A stretch of DNA of 64,000 nt, from positions 21,080,001-21,144,000 of the forward strand of contig CM060733.1 of the NCBI GenBank assembly GCA_030704615.1, written 5' to 3'. Below are positions 63,506-64,000 of the stretch, in pieces (within the stretch, counting starts at the first letter, position 1; every line of letters starts with the position of its first letter). The DNA is from Takakia lepidozioides. Lineage: Eukaryota; Plantae; Bryophyta. The translations under genes and the position numbers were made by a program. The notes under the pieces were generated by a model. It was not told the DNA's origin, did not search any database, and saw only the letters and a program-made list of their open reading frames with translations.

Positions 63506-64000
63506 TGATTCGGCCTTCCAATGTAGAAATAGGTTTAGCTTGGTACCAAAAAGTGAAAGGATCATTTTACTCCTATGATTTGACGCACAATATGATGGTT
63601 GATCTAGAGTCTATCATAGCATTAGCCTTTTTAAAGTATGATGCAGCCTCTAATAGGTACAAGCTCGATCCAAATGATAGAACAGTTTTTAACAACTTTA
63701 ATTTGACGCTAATTTTTATTTGTTATACAAGTCATTTTAAATATTTTTTAAATCTGAGAGGAGATTCACAAGGACGATTAGCATGCGTATTGGCAAGAGA
63801 AAGAGCCCAAGTGGTGGGCACAATATTATGAGTGCAGACAATGGAATTTCCTGAACCAGAGGCCTTGTGTGAGCATTAGCGATTCATAACGAACACTGCG
63901 AGGTAGGTTCTCTTGAGGAAGCTCGTGATCGCCAACTCCTGGCACTCATCTACAGTGCAAGGAGACCACGAAAAGTCTTTGGAGAATTTGTACAAGCAAG

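Overview
Eukaryotic, intron-rich DNA from a land plant, probably a non-seed plant (inferred from gene content and a PLS-type PPR relic). The left half holds two host genes: a 5'-truncated cationic amino acid transporter (CAT6/7-like, +, to 3120) and a roughly 25-exon WD40/bromodomain gene (BRWD/PHIP-like, -, about 10952-25086). It also holds relics of ACINUS, a PPR gene and CSE1/exportin-2. The right half is dominated by a 23.2-kb Mutator-like element (32985-56196, about 240-bp TIRs, 9-bp TSD TATTATAAT) with two nested insertions. The first is an 8.3-kb element (35656-43931) in a transposase intron, bounded by the direct repeat GTATTTCCGAC. It encodes a spliced, nearly intact ParB/Srx-like + beta-class N4C/N6A DNA methyltransferase-fold protein whose introns carry an array of conserved 24-bp palindromes, and it also carries a SWIM remnant and a covarying hairpin pair. 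The second is an RT/RNaseH-deleted Ty3/gypsy chromovirus (51059-55911, TSD GGAGC) with two intact paralogous small ORFs in its leader. The ParB-methyltransferase element and its palindrome array are the best candidate for an undescribed system. All protein-family calls come from motif recognition by eye, not database searches, and exon coordinates may be off by a few bases.
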